Shown here one piece after another: positions 11,579 through 22,558 of a DNA stretch of 64,000 nt (its first letter is position 1; every line of letters starts with the position of its first letter). Source of the DNA: Flavobacteriales bacterium (GTDB taxonomy: Bacteria; Bacteroidota; Bacteroidia; Flavobacteriales_D; UBA2798); the NCBI GenBank assembly GCA_037443205.1, contig JBBIOU010000012.1:1570-65569 (forward strand), given 5' to 3'. The notes beneath the pieces were generated by a model, which saw only the letters and a list, made by a program, of their open reading frames with translations, had not been told where the DNA came from and did no database searches. The translations under genes and the position numbers were made by a program.

Positions 11579-11645
11579 ACAAAAACTATCTAAAAAATTT
11601 TTAGCTTAATTTTAATAATTAAATTATTTAATTACAAACAATTCA

Positions 11646-11653
11646 TAGCTTTG
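11646..11653 (+). promoter_or_regulatory. -7 element (TAGCTTTG) for the wzx unit
   Basis: TAnnTTTG match upstream of ATG 11689. Confidence 0.5.
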
Positions 11654-11688
11654 TGTCTGCGCTCGATTAATTTGGTGAAATCATATTT

Positions 11689-13011
11689 ATGTTGGGGAAA
11701 AACCTTATTGCATCATTGCTAACACAAATACCTGTTTTTATTTTAGGTGTTTTGGCCGGTATATTTTCAACCAGGTTTCTAGGCGATGATGCCAAAGGGA
11801 TATACTCAATATTTCAGGCAAATACACAATTGTTTGTTTTAATTTTTTCACTTGGAATGCAAACCGGCATCGTGTATTTTATCTCCAGTAAAAATATTTC
11901 TGAAAACAGGGTATTAGGAATTTGCAATCAATTATTATTTATCGGCTCTGTTATATTCTTAATGTTACTCGTACTTTTATACATGAGCAATAGTCTGGAA
12001 TATTTAACTGCTGCACAATATAGTTCTTTTAAATATGTTGTAATATTGTTTTTGTTGTTTATATTTTCAATATCCGGAACAATAATTTCTGCGTTTTTTC
12101 AGGCTTATTCAAAATTTAAAATTATCAATTTAGTTTCGCTGATAAACAGTGTTTCTAATTTTTTAATCTTTTTAGGATTATTTATTTTTATTGAACATAC
12201 AGTTCTTAATCAATCAGAAAAAATAAACTATGCATTGTATTTAACAATTCTATCATATATATTAAATACATTGATTTGGTTAATTTATTTTTACAAAGAA
12301 CTTAATATAAAACCAAATTATGAGTTTTCTTTGAATAAAGAATTTAAAACATTTGTATATTACAGTTTAATAATTTTTGCAGGGACTTTAATAAATTTTT
12401 TTAATTACAGAATAGATTTATGGATAGTAAATTATTACTTAAGCGATGAGTCATTAAGTTATTATTCGCTTGCAAGTAACATTGCGCAAATTATAATATA
12501 CACATCGGTTACTATTGGCACGGTAATACTACCTTATTTGTCTTCTAAAAACATAGAAGAACGGAAATCAATGTTTCCTAAAATTACCCGTTATAGTTTT
12601 TCATTTTTTGTAATTGTGATTGTTATCGCGTATATTATTTCGGAATATATTATTCCCTTAGTTTACGGAAAAGCATTTTATGACGCTGTAAAACCTTTTA
12701 AAATTCTACTGCCGGGTGTGCTTTTTTCTTGTCAAACCCAATTAATTGCAACTTTAATTGTAGCCAGTAAAAAAAATACACTCAATATAATTGCTACGGG
12801 GACAGGTTTAATATTTACAATTGCGTTAGACCTTTATTTAATACCTCTTTGGGGAATAGAAGGAGCTGCGTGGGCTACTACAATCAGTTACATGATAATT
12901 TTTACCATCACCTATTATTTATTTTTAAAATATTTAAAGTATCCGTTTGTAAATTATTTCTTTGTAAATTGGCAAGATATAAACTCAATAATCAAATTTT
13001 TCAGAAAATGA
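11689..13011 (+). CDS. wzx: Wzx-type oligosaccharide flippase (MOP superfamily)
   Basis: About 12 TM segments, NYRIDLWIVNYY and C-terminal LIPLWGIEGAAWAT; glycan-locus context. Confidence 0.85.
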   Translation: MLGKNLIASLLTQIPVFILGVLAGIFSTRFLGDDAKGIYSIFQANTQLFVLIFSLGMQTGIVYFISSKNISENRVLGICNQLLFIGSVIFLMLLVLLYMSNSLEYLTAAQYSSFKYVVILFLLFIFSISGTIISAFFQAYSKFKIINLVSLINSVSNFLIFLGLFIFIEHTVLNQSEKINYALYLTILSYILNTLIWLIYFYKELNIKPNYEFSLNKEFKTFVYYSLIIFAGTLINFFNYRIDLWIVNYYLSDESLSYYSLASNIAQIIIYTSVTIGTVILPYLSSKNIEERKSMFPKITRYSFSFFVIVIVIAYIISEYIIPLVYGKAFYDAVKPFKILLPGVLFSCQTQLIATLIVASKKNTLNIIATGTGLIFTIALDLYLIPLWGIEGAAWATTISYMIIFTITYYLFLKYLKYPFVNYFFVNWQDINSIIKFFRK

Positions 13012-14057
13012 ATATACTTATAACAGGCAGCAGCGGCTTAATAGGTTCGGAGGCTGTAAAATATTTTGGATTAAAGGGAAACAAAATATATGGAATTGAC
13101 AACAATCTCCGGAAATTTTTTTTTGGCGAGAACGGAGATACCTCTTGGAATTTAAAAAGATTAAAGGAACTACCTATAAATTTTACAAATTATGATATTG
13201 ACATACGAAGCAGAGAAAGAGTTAATGATATAATCAAAGAATTAAAACCCCACGCAGTTATACATTGTGCCGCCCAACCTTCGCATGATTTAGCTGCTAA
13301 AATACCATTTGAAGATTTTGATACAAATGCGGTAGGGACAATTAATTTGCTGGATGCCACAAGAAAATACTGCAAAGACAGCCCTTTTATTTTTTTAAGT
13401 ACAAACAAAGTTTACGGAGATGCCCCCAACGAAATAGAACTAACAGAAACTTCTACCCGCTGGGAATATAAAGATCCAAAATATCAAAACGGGATTGACG
13501 AAACCATGCGCATTGACCAAACCAAACATAGTTTATTTGGGGCATCAAAAACTGCTGCCGACATTATAACGCAAGAATACGGTTTATATTTTGATATGCC
13601 TACGGTATGTTTCAGAGGGGGGTGTCTTACCGGTCCTTCGCACAGCAGCGCTGAATTACATGGTTTTTTATCTTACATCATCAAGTGTGCCGTTAGCGGA
13701 AAACATTATACCATTTTTGGTTATAAGGGCAAACAAGTACGCGACCAAATACACAGCCATGATGTTATTACAGCGATAGAACAATTCATTATTAATCCAA
13801 AATGCGGCAAAGTATATAATATTGGAGGAGGTAAAGATAATAGCGCATCTATTTTAGAAATAATTAATATACTCAAAGAAAAATATGCCTTAAAACTAAA
13901 TTATACCTATTCTGAACAAAACAGAATTGGCGACCATATTTGCTACTATACCAACCTAAGTAAATTTAAACAAGATTACCCCTCGTGGATTATAGAATAT
14001 TCGCTTGATAAAATTATAGATGAAATAGTAACTGCACAAATTGAATTTTCAAAATGA
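13008..14057 (+). CDS. NAD-dependent epimerase, CDP-paratose 2-epimerase (RfbE)-like
   Basis: ITGSSGLIG, STNKVYG, FGASK, GKQVRD and RIGDH..Y motifs. ATG 13008 overlaps the wzx stop (ATGA). Confidence 0.8.
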   Translation: MNILITGSSGLIGSEAVKYFGLKGNKIYGIDNNLRKFFFGENGDTSWNLKRLKELPINFTNYDIDIRSRERVNDIIKELKPHAVIHCAAQPSHDLAAKIPFEDFDTNAVGTINLLDATRKYCKDSPFIFLSTNKVYGDAPNEIELTETSTRWEYKDPKYQNGIDETMRIDQTKHSLFGASKTAADIITQEYGLYFDMPTVCFRGGCLTGPSHSSAELHGFLSYIIKCAVSGKHYTIFGYKGKQVRDQIHSHDVITAIEQFIINPKCGKVYNIGGGKDNSASILEIINILKEKYALKLNYTYSEQNRIGDHICYYTNLSKFKQDYPSWIIEYSLDKIIDEIVTAQIEFSK

Positions 14058-15172
14058 ATATAGCCATTTTTGACTTACAGCATTATGAAATGGTAAATGT
14101 TATACTTAATGTATTTAATGAACCCACCAACAAATTATATCTACTGAGCAACAATAACATTATCAATAAATGCAATCAAAATCTTATTTATAATTCTATT
14201 TGCGCTGATGATTACAATAAATTTAATGATTTTTGTAATGCCTGTTATGAATATCTCACAAAAAATAATATTGATTTTATTATTTTTAATACTATAGATA
14301 CTGAATATAAAAGCGTATGGCAACTCATCCATAAACTTAAAATACCGGTTGTAGTTACCATACACAATATAAATACCTGGCTAAAACCGCCCTTTACATT
14401 AAATAGAATTGCCCTGAAAAATTATTATTATAGAAAAAGAATTATAAATAAAACAAATGCTATTATTTTACAAGAAGAACTATTTATCAAATACGTAAAA
14501 CAACAACATCTTTATAAAAAAAAGATATTTACCTTACCTCATACATTCAAAGAAAAAAATATTTCTGAAAAGCAAAGTTTAAATGAAAAATTGATAATAG
14601 CCATACCGGGAGGAATTGATGGTCATAGAAGAGATTATGATTTATGTTTATCAGTAATAGAAAAAATATATAAGCAAAATTCAAATTTACAATTTAAATT
14701 TATTGGTGCAGTACTTGGAAAATTAGGCGAAGAAATCCTAAAACGCATTTATGAATTAAAAAATACAGGTATAGACATCGAACATCTTTACAGCAACGAA
14801 TCAAACAAATTATTTGACACAGAAATGAGTAACTGCGATTTGGTATTTTTACCTTTAAATGTTTACACTCAATACGAAGGGATAACAGAAATATACGGAC
14901 AGACAAAAGTTACGGGAGTACTATATGATATGATGCGCTTTGAGAAACCCGGAATTGTTCCGGAAAAACTTGTTATACCCGATACTATTAAAACAAGCAC
15001 TATAAAATATACCAACGAAGATGATTTGATAATGAAAGTTTTAGATATTGCAAACAATAAAGAAAAATTAAATTTATTAAAACAAAATGCTAAAAACAAT
15101 TCGCAATACTACACTTTAAGCGAAATAAAAAAACGATTTTTAAACGAATTTACGCAAACAATTTTAAACTAA
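14054..15172 (+). CDS. Putative GT-B fold glycosyltransferase
   Basis: 372 aa with VTIHN, IPGGIDGHRRDY and EIYGQTKVTGVLYDMM segments resembling a divergent GT4; locus context. Confidence 0.55.
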   Translation: MNIAIFDLQHYEMVNVILNVFNEPTNKLYLLSNNNIINKCNQNLIYNSICADDYNKFNDFCNACYEYLTKNNIDFIIFNTIDTEYKSVWQLIHKLKIPVVVTIHNINTWLKPPFTLNRIALKNYYYRKRIINKTNAIILQEELFIKYVKQQHLYKKKIFTLPHTFKEKNISEKQSLNEKLIIAIPGGIDGHRRDYDLCLSVIEKIYKQNSNLQFKFIGAVLGKLGEEILKRIYELKNTGIDIEHLYSNESNKLFDTEMSNCDLVFLPLNVYTQYEGITEIYGQTKVTGVLYDMMRFEKPGIVPEKLVIPDTIKTSTIKYTNEDDLIMKVLDIANNKEKLNLLKQNAKNNSQYYTLSEIKKRFLNEFTQTILN

Positions 15173-16177
15173 TTTTAAAATAGTATTCTGCCACAACCAG
15201 GCTGTTTTCATTATATCTTCAACCGTATATTGGGGTTTCCAACCAAGTTGTTTTATTGCCTTATCATTATTTGCATAAATAGCTGCAATATCGCCCGGTC
15301 TGCGTGGACCAAATTTGTAATTCAGTTTAATATGATTAACCTGTTCAAATGCTTTAATAGCCTCTAAAACTGTAATACCATTTCCGGTACCCAAATTAAA
15401 AACATCAACACCCGAAGATTTTTTTGTTAATGAATATTTTACAGCCAGGGTATGCGCATGTGCAATATCCATCACATGTATAAAATCGCGCAAACCTGTT
15501 CCATCACGCGTAGGATAATCGTTTCCATGTATAACCAGCTCGTTTCTTAAACCTGCTGCAACCTGGGTGATAACCGGAACCAAATGATTACCTTTATTGT
15601 GTAAAAATTCCCCAATGTATGAACTTGGATGAGCACCTGCCGGATTAAAATATCTTAATAATATAAACTGAGAAGGACAAACTTTGGCAAAATCTTTTAT
15701 GATGATTTCACCAGCTTGTTTGGTATATGCATAGGGACAAAGAGCTTCGCCCATAGGCGAATCCTCAGTTACCGGTATATCATTAGGATTACCGTAAACA
15801 GTGCAGGAAGAAGAAAAAATAAAATGTTTAACCGAAAACTCTTGTACGCATTTAAGTATGTTTAATGTAGATACCAAATTATTATGATAATACAATAACG
15901 GCATATTTACCGATTCCGAAACATCTTTGTAAGCTGCAAAATGTATAACTGCAGTAATTTCGTTTTGTAAAAATATGTTTTTTAGTTCTGCGTAATTACA
16001 TAGATCTGTTTCAAATAAATTTACCTCTTTTCCGGTTATTTTTTTAATACCTGACATCATGCCCGACCATGCTCTCGACATATTGTCAACTGCAATTACT
16101 TCAAAACCGTTTTGCAATAAGTCAACAACCGTATGCGAGCCAATAAAGCCCATGCCCCCTGTTACCAATATTTTCAT
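15164..16177 (-). CDS. galE: UDP-glucose 4-epimerase
   Basis: TGGMGFIGSH, LRYFNPAGAH, DYPTRDGT.LRDFIHV and RRPGD motifs. Confidence 0.93.
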   Translation of the reverse strand: MKILVTGGMGFIGSHTVVDLLQNGFEVIAVDNMSRAWSGMMSGIKKITGKEVNLFETDLCNYAELKNIFLQNEITAVIHFAAYKDVSESVNMPLLYYHNNLVSTLNILKCVQEFSVKHFIFSSSCTVYGNPNDIPVTEDSPMGEALCPYAYTKQAGEIIIKDFAKVCPSQFILLRYFNPAGAHPSSYIGEFLHNKGNHLVPVITQVAAGLRNELVIHGNDYPTRDGTGLRDFIHVMDIAHAHTLAVKYSLTKKSSGVDVFNLGTGNGITVLEAIKAFEQVNHIKLNYKFGPRRPGDIAAIYANNDKAIKQLGWKPQYTVEDIMKTAWLWQNTILKLV

Positions 16178-16227
16178 TTTACAAATATCTATAAATTAGT
16201 TAATTTTGTAACGAAATTACTAAAAAA

Positions 16228-17346
16228 ATGACTGCGCCTCAAATTACATCTTGTAAAAGATGTATCATGGATAATATTGACGATCCTAATATTGTATTTG
16301 ATGATGAAGGTAACTGCAATTATTGCAATTCATATTATAAATATATAAATAATGAAAATACCCGACAGAAATATCAAACAGAAAAGATTACTGAAATAAT
16401 TGATACTATTAAAAAGGAATATAGGCATAATAAATACCACTGCATTGTGGGTATTAGCGGTGGAACTGATAGTGCTTACTTGATTCATAAACTGGTAGAA
16501 TTTGGCTTAAAACCTTTGGCTGTACATTATGATAATGGATGGAACAGCGAAACCGCAACGCAAAATATTGAAATGCTCTTGAAAAAACTGAATGTTGATT
16601 TATATACTTATGTAAATGATTGGGAAGAATTTAAAGATATTCAGTTGTCATTTTTTAAAGCCGGTGTAATAGATATAGAACTGATAACAGACCAAGCCAT
16701 AATTGCTTTGCTTTACAAAACATCGGTAAAATTTAAAACCAAATACATCTTTACCGGGCACAATACATCAACCGAATTTATACTACCTACGCACTGGTAT
16801 CATTGGAAACTTGATGCATTAAATATAAAAAATATCCACCAAAAATTTGGCAGTAAAAAAATTAAAACATTTCCGCTTATTACCTATTGGGAACAATATT
16901 TTCATGGTAAGTTCAGAAAAACACAAATGATAACCTTACTTAATTATTTAAGTTATCAAAAAAAAGATGCTCAAAATTTATTAGCAGAAAAATATGGTTG
17001 GAAAAATTATGGCAACAAACATAATGAATCTGTTTTTACACGATTTTATCAAAATTACATTTTACCAGTAAAATTTAATGTAGATAAAAGAAAAGCACAT
17101 CTCTCGTCCTTAATTTGCTCAGGGCAAATTACACGCGAAGATGCATTAAATGAGATAAATAAAAAACCATGGCAAAGCACCGAAGTATTGGAAGAAAAGA
17201 AATATGTTATTAAAAAATTAGGTGTCAGCACCGAGCAATTTGATAAGTGGATGGATGAAAAACCTGTTTCGCATTTCGCATATAAAAGTTATTTAACCAG
17301 AGAAGATAAAATCATAAAAAAAATAAAATCACTCCTGCCTTTCTGA
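16228..17346 (+). CDS. N-acetyl sugar amidotransferase (WbpG-like)
   Basis: N-terminal CKRC...CNYC, PP-loop SGGTDS, HYDNGWNSE, KH.ES.FT and DKRKAHLSSLICSGQITR motifs. Confidence 0.88.
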   Translation: MTAPQITSCKRCIMDNIDDPNIVFDDEGNCNYCNSYYKYINNENTRQKYQTEKITEIIDTIKKEYRHNKYHCIVGISGGTDSAYLIHKLVEFGLKPLAVHYDNGWNSETATQNIEMLLKKLNVDLYTYVNDWEEFKDIQLSFFKAGVIDIELITDQAIIALLYKTSVKFKTKYIFTGHNTSTEFILPTHWYHWKLDALNIKNIHQKFGSKKIKTFPLITYWEQYFHGKFRKTQMITLLNYLSYQKKDAQNLLAEKYGWKNYGNKHNESVFTRFYQNYILPVKFNVDKRKAHLSSLICSGQITREDALNEINKKPWQSTEVLEEKKYVIKKLGVSTEQFDKWMDEKPVSHFAYKSYLTREDKIIKKIKSLLPF

Positions 17347-17349
17347 AAC

Positions 17350-18429
17350 ATGAAACTTGAGAATAAATGTATTTTAATTATATCCAACGAACCTTGGGGT
17401 AAGACCTGGTATTCAAAACATAATTATGCATGGCAATTATCTTTTAAAAACAAAGTTTATTTTATCAATCCACCCTATAAATTTAGTTTAAGTAATATCT
17501 TCAAAAAGAATATTGAGGAAAAAACTATTGCTGAAAACTTAACCGTATTAACTTATAGAAATATATTGCCGGTAAGCATTGAGTTACTCAGAAAAATGAA
17601 TGAATTATACATATTAAGAAGATTGAAGAAATACCTGAAACAAAAAAAACATCTAGAATTTATTATTTGGACATTTGACCCCATCAGGTTATCGAACACT
17701 TATGTTATGAAACCTGAAAAAATAATTTTGCACATAGTAGATGATTATCTTTTTACATATCCATCTGAAAAAATATTAGCAAAAAAAGCTGATGTTATTT
17801 TTTGTGTTTCTGATGAAATTGCTCAAAAATATAAACAATATAATACCAATGTTCATGTTATTTATCATGCTATACCGGATCATGAATTTATTAAACCTGT
17901 TAAAATAAATAACCAAAGAAAAAAAGCTATTTATGTAGGTAATATTGATCACCGATTAGATTACGATTATAACAAATATATTATTGAACATTTACCGGAT
18001 GTTCAATTTTATTTTGTCGGAAGTATTAAACCATCAGCAAAAGAAAATTTTGAACAACTTTCAAAAACATATCCTAATGTATCATATATGGGCGAAATAT
18101 CTTATAATGAATTAAAAAATCATATCAGCAAATCGGATATTTGCTTTGTATTTAAAGACATCCATCATCCGGGTAATAATATCTCAAGCCATAAAATGCT
18201 ACAATATTTTGCGCAAGGCAAACCTATATTTTGCACCTATTTAAGCAGATATAAAGACATTCAGGATATGCTCTACATGGAAAATGACAAACAAATAATG
18301 CTTGAAAAAATAACACACTACTTAAGCTATGGTGAAGAAAAAGATTTGATACAAAAAAGAATTAATTATGCTAAAAATTTCACCTTTACTAACATTTTAT
18401 CCCAAATAGAAAATATACTTAATAAATGA
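17350..18429 (+). CDS. Glycosyltransferase (GT4/TuaH-like)
   Basis: YVGNIDHRLD and SHKMLQYFAQGKP motifs. Confidence 0.8.
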   Translation: MKLENKCILIISNEPWGKTWYSKHNYAWQLSFKNKVYFINPPYKFSLSNIFKKNIEEKTIAENLTVLTYRNILPVSIELLRKMNELYILRRLKKYLKQKKHLEFIIWTFDPIRLSNTYVMKPEKIILHIVDDYLFTYPSEKILAKKADVIFCVSDEIAQKYKQYNTNVHVIYHAIPDHEFIKPVKINNQRKKAIYVGNIDHRLDYDYNKYIIEHLPDVQFYFVGSIKPSAKENFEQLSKTYPNVSYMGEISYNELKNHISKSDICFVFKDIHHPGNNISSHKMLQYFAQGKPIFCTYLSRYKDIQDMLYMENDKQIMLEKITHYLSYGEEKDLIQKRINYAKNFTFTNILSQIENILNK

Positions 18430-19544
18430 GTAAGCATGTTATAATGGTTATAGCTAATAGCGATAATACCTCCTATTTCAGGTGGTTTGCTGAATTAAAT
18501 AAAAAAGAAAATGCCTTTAATCTATCATTTGTTTTTATAACTGCCAGCAAACCTCATTTAGCCAATGAACTTAATAATATTGGATATAATTCGTACTGGT
18601 TATATTTTGATTATACCCGTAAAAAACATTTTCAATATATTAAAGTATTTTTTAAATTACTAATATTATTTATCAAAATTAAGCCGCAGGTAGTTCAAAC
18701 CAATCTGTTTGACGATAGTTTACCTGCACTATTAGCAGCAAGATTTGCCGGAATCAAAAAAAGAATTATAACCAAACAAGATACCGGATATCACATAAAA
18801 TACACTCCGCAATATATTAAATTTGATAAGCTGAATAATTCGAATGCTACTGACATTATTTGTGTATCACAAGAAACCAAAGAACTTATTTTAAAATATG
18901 AAAAACCTGATGTGAAAAAACTCAGATTTATACACCACGGAGTAAATGAAGATTTATTTTCTGCTTACAATAAGCAAGCTGTAAATGAACTAAAAAAAAA
19001 ATACAACCTCCAAAACAAAATTGTAATTGGCAAAGTTGCCAGATATGTTGAATCAAAAGGATATAAAAATCTAATTGAGGCAGCAAAAGAAATTATTCCT
19101 GATTATAGCAACATAGTAATTATGGGTATTGGCTGGGGGCAACAGGAAACAGAATTAAAAAATCTAATTGATAAATATAACTTAAATGAAAATTTTATAT
19201 TAACAGGTAAAATAAACTTTAATGAAATACCTAACTTTTATAAATGCATGGATTTATACATACATGCTGCCGAATACGAACCATTTGGTTTTGTTATTGC
19301 CGAAGCTATGTTTTCAAAAGTACCCATTATTTCTACAAAGGTTGGCGCTGCAAGAGATATATTGACACATAAAGAAAGTGCATTCCTCCTAAAATCAAAT
19401 GAACCGCAAGAAATAGTTAACGCTATCACTTATATGCTAAATATCAATAAAGAAGAAATGGTTAATATCGCATACAAACTTGCTAAAGAACATTATTCAA
19501 AAAATGCTATGTGGACAAAATATAAAGAGCTTTTTTTATCCTAA
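18426..19544 (+). CDS. Glycosyltransferase family 4
   Basis: EPFGFVIAEAM (Ex7E) motif. Confidence 0.9.
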   Translation: MSKHVIMVIANSDNTSYFRWFAELNKKENAFNLSFVFITASKPHLANELNNIGYNSYWLYFDYTRKKHFQYIKVFFKLLILFIKIKPQVVQTNLFDDSLPALLAARFAGIKKRIITKQDTGYHIKYTPQYIKFDKLNNSNATDIICVSQETKELILKYEKPDVKKLRFIHHGVNEDLFSAYNKQAVNELKKKYNLQNKIVIGKVARYVESKGYKNLIEAAKEIIPDYSNIVIMGIGWGQQETELKNLIDKYNLNENFILTGKINFNEIPNFYKCMDLYIHAAEYEPFGFVIAEAMFSKVPIISTKVGAARDILTHKESAFLLKSNEPQEIVNAITYMLNINKEEMVNIAYKLAKEHYSKNAMWTKYKELFLS

Positions 19545-19546
19545 AA

Positions 19547-20446
19547 ATGAAATCAAATTTGATGTATTGTCTTATATGCAACAGTAATAATATGCGTAAA
19601 TATTATTACCCTGATGTGCATTTTAATGGAAAAATTTTCAGCTATTACGAATGTTTCGATTGTAAATCTGCCCGAATTGTTCCCATTCCGGATGATGATG
19701 ATTTTAGCAAAATGTATGGTACTACCGACCACTCTTATCTATTGCAATTAAAAGATACTGACAGATTAAATTTTGATAAAGCATTATCAAGATACAATCA
19801 CCAAAATTATCAATTATATTTTTTAAAAAAATTTTATGCCCAGGGCAAAGGGAAAAAACTACTCGATATAGGCTGTGGCAGTGGGTTTTACATGTATCAT
19901 GCCACAAAGCTCGGCTATGAATGTACCGGTATAGAATTTAATGAAACGTTTTGTAATCTGCTTTCGCAAAAAACAGATTTACATATTACCACATTTGATA
20001 ATATTAATAATAAAAAATTTGATTTAATACACTTGGGTCATTTTTTAGAACACACCCCAAATCCTACAGAAACAATTCAAGACATTAAGAAGTATGCTCA
20101 TAAATACACCCTGATAATTATTGATGGTCCGTTAGAAAAAAATGCTTGTTTATCAAGATTCATTATTAAATGCGGTTCTAAAATTAAAAGAAAAAAATAC
20201 AACTCCTATCCACCACAACATATCACATTTACCAACTATCAGTCACAATTATATTTGTTTGAAAAATGCGGATTACAAAAAATAAATTATTTTGTTAAAG
20301 AACAAATGTTTCCTTTTCCCGAACGCGTAGATATAAAAAAACCTGTTACACTTTTTTTATTTATAATAAGCAGATGTTCTATAATTATTTCTAACTTAAA
20401 CCCCCGTTGGGGAAATATTTTTCACTATGCAGGAAGATTTAAATAA
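19547..20446 (+). CDS. Class I SAM-dependent methyltransferase with N-terminal CxxC pairs
   Basis: CLIC...CFDC, LLDIGCGSG and HFLEH motifs. Confidence 0.85.
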   Translation: MKSNLMYCLICNSNNMRKYYYPDVHFNGKIFSYYECFDCKSARIVPIPDDDDFSKMYGTTDHSYLLQLKDTDRLNFDKALSRYNHQNYQLYFLKKFYAQGKGKKLLDIGCGSGFYMYHATKLGYECTGIEFNETFCNLLSQKTDLHITTFDNINNKKFDLIHLGHFLEHTPNPTETIQDIKKYAHKYTLIIIDGPLEKNACLSRFIIKCGSKIKRKKYNSYPPQHITFTNYQSQLYLFEKCGLQKINYFVKEQMFPFPERVDIKKPVTLFLFIISRCSIIISNLNPRWGNIFHYAGRFK

Positions 20447-21317
20447 ACCGTTAATATCCGTTATTATACCGGCATATAATGCCGAAAAATTTATTCATGA
20501 AACCTTACAATCAGTATTAAATCAAACTTATACTAATTTTGAAATTATTGTTCTAAATGACGGCTCGACTGATAAAACAAAAGAAATTGTTGAAAAGTTC
20601 CAATTAAGCGACTCGCGTATTAAATTAATAAATAAGGTAAATACAGGCGTTTCGGATACGCGTAATCTAGGCATGCAAAAGGCAAACGGTAAGTACATAG
20701 CATTGTTAGACGCTGATGATGTTTGGCTACCTGATAATTTAGAAAAAAAAATCAGTGTTTTAGAAAAGAATCCTGAAATACATTTTGTTTATGGAGATAT
20801 GTATCTGGCAGATGAAAAATTACAAAACTTACAAGAAGCGGCTAAAGGAAAAAAAGAAATGATTTTAGAAAATATATTACTTTGGAACGGAGAAGTAATT
20901 CCGGGTCCGTGCAGTAATTTATTATTTAAAAAAAGTTGTTTAGATAACAATATTACTTTTAGTCCGCTTTTAAGCACTATTGCCGATAAACATTTTTCTG
21001 CACAATTAGCCAGATATTTTAAAGGATATTACATACCCGAAATATTATGGATATACAGAGTTGTAAAAGGAAGTATGAGTAAAAGCATGATTGTTATGGA
21101 AAAAGACTGTCTGGAAGTGTACAACTTATATAAAAAAAATAATTTCTTTCCAAACAAGAACTTTGAAAATAAGTGTTTTGCCAATATGTATCTTATTTTA
21201 GCGGGAAGCTGGTGGAAAGATGGTAAAAACAAAATAAAAGCAATTAAATATATACTTAAAGCATTTATTACAAAACCATTATATACACTTAAAAAATTAC
21301 TTACCAAAATATTTTGA
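20427..21317 (+). CDS. Glycosyltransferase family 2
   Basis: SVIIPAYN, NDGSTD and LDADD motifs. Confidence 0.92.
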   Translation: MQEDLNKPLISVIIPAYNAEKFIHETLQSVLNQTYTNFEIIVLNDGSTDKTKEIVEKFQLSDSRIKLINKVNTGVSDTRNLGMQKANGKYIALLDADDVWLPDNLEKKISVLEKNPEIHFVYGDMYLADEKLQNLQEAAKGKKEMILENILLWNGEVIPGPCSNLLFKKSCLDNNITFSPLLSTIADKHFSAQLARYFKGYYIPEILWIYRVVKGSMSKSMIVMEKDCLEVYNLYKKNNFFPNKNFENKCFANMYLILAGSWWKDGKNKIKAIKYILKAFITKPLYTLKKLLTKIF

Positions 21318-22549
21318 AAAAGTATAAAAAACATATCATTATTTACACTTTTCAGAGCCTGGAAGACCCGCTTTTAAAAGGCTTGATGCTTGAATATTTA
21401 ATCAGAATAAACAAACAAAGAAATGAACTATTTTTTCATTTAATTACCCACGAACAAAAACAATATAAATTTTCAACCTTACGAAAAAAAGACAAGCGTA
21501 AAGAATTAGCCGGGCAACATATCAAATGGTATCCGGTAAATTATAAATCGGGCAAATTGTTATTACTAAAAAAAATCTACAATTTTATACAGACTTTTAT
21601 TATTTGTTTATTTATTAAATTTCGATATACCCCGAAAGTCATTGTTGGTTTTTTGCCTATTGCCGGTGGATACAGCACTATTATCGCTAAAGTACTGCGT
21701 TTAAAACTTGTTGTATTTTGTTTTGAACCTCATAGCGAATACATGATTGATTTTAATGTATGGAAAAAAAATTCTTTAAAATATAAGCTGTTAAAAAAGT
21801 TTGAAAAAATGCAAATAAAAAAAGCTTCACACCTTACACTACCTACACAGGCTTCTGTAAATTACGCAAATAAAATAAACCCCGATAATAAAAAATACTT
21901 ATTACCTATATCTGTTGATACCGATTTATTTAAATTTTCTGAAGAAAAAAGAGAGGCATTAAGAAAAAAATTAAACACAGGCAATAAAATTGTAATTATA
22001 TACACAGGCAAATTTGGCGGTATTTATTTTAACACCAAACAAATAGCCTCATTATTTAAAAATCTGCTGGAACATTACAATGATTACTATTTACTTGTAA
22101 TTACCCCTGATGCTAAAGAAATGAAATCTGATATAACCAAACTTAATATCCCACAACAGAATTATAGCATACTTGATGTTGTTCCTTACGAGCAACTGCC
22201 GGCATTCATTTCTGCTGCCGATATTGGTTTAATAGCCATACCATCTTACGCATCACAAAAATTCAGAACACCTGTAAAAACAGCTTTATATTTATCGTGC
22301 GGCATACCATATATTGTAAACAAGGGCATTGCCGAAGATGATATGATAGCCCAAAAAGAAAATATCGGTATTGTAATAGACGATTTTGATAACATAAATC
22401 ACCAAAAATTATCAGATGAAATAATAAATATATGCAGGGGAGATATAATAGCTTTAAGAAACAAATGTCGTAAAATTGCAGTAGAACAACGAAGTATAAA
22501 TTTATCCGTCAACATATTGAATGATATTATCAACGATATTATTGCATAA
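21314..22549 (+). CDS. Glycosyltransferase (GT4-like)
   Basis: YTGKFGG and PVKTALYLSCGIP GT-B motifs. Confidence 0.78.
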   Translation: MKKYKKHIIIYTFQSLEDPLLKGLMLEYLIRINKQRNELFFHLITHEQKQYKFSTLRKKDKRKELAGQHIKWYPVNYKSGKLLLLKKIYNFIQTFIICLFIKFRYTPKVIVGFLPIAGGYSTIIAKVLRLKLVVFCFEPHSEYMIDFNVWKKNSLKYKLLKKFEKMQIKKASHLTLPTQASVNYANKINPDNKKYLLPISVDTDLFKFSEEKREALRKKLNTGNKIVIIYTGKFGGIYFNTKQIASLFKNLLEHYNDYYLLVITPDAKEMKSDITKLNIPQQNYSILDVVPYEQLPAFISAADIGLIAIPSYASQKFRTPVKTALYLSCGIPYIVNKGIAEDDMIAQKENIGIVIDDFDNINHQKLSDEIINICRGDIIALRNKCRKIAVEQRSINLSVNILNDIINDIIA

Positions 22550-22558
22550 ATTAGCACC

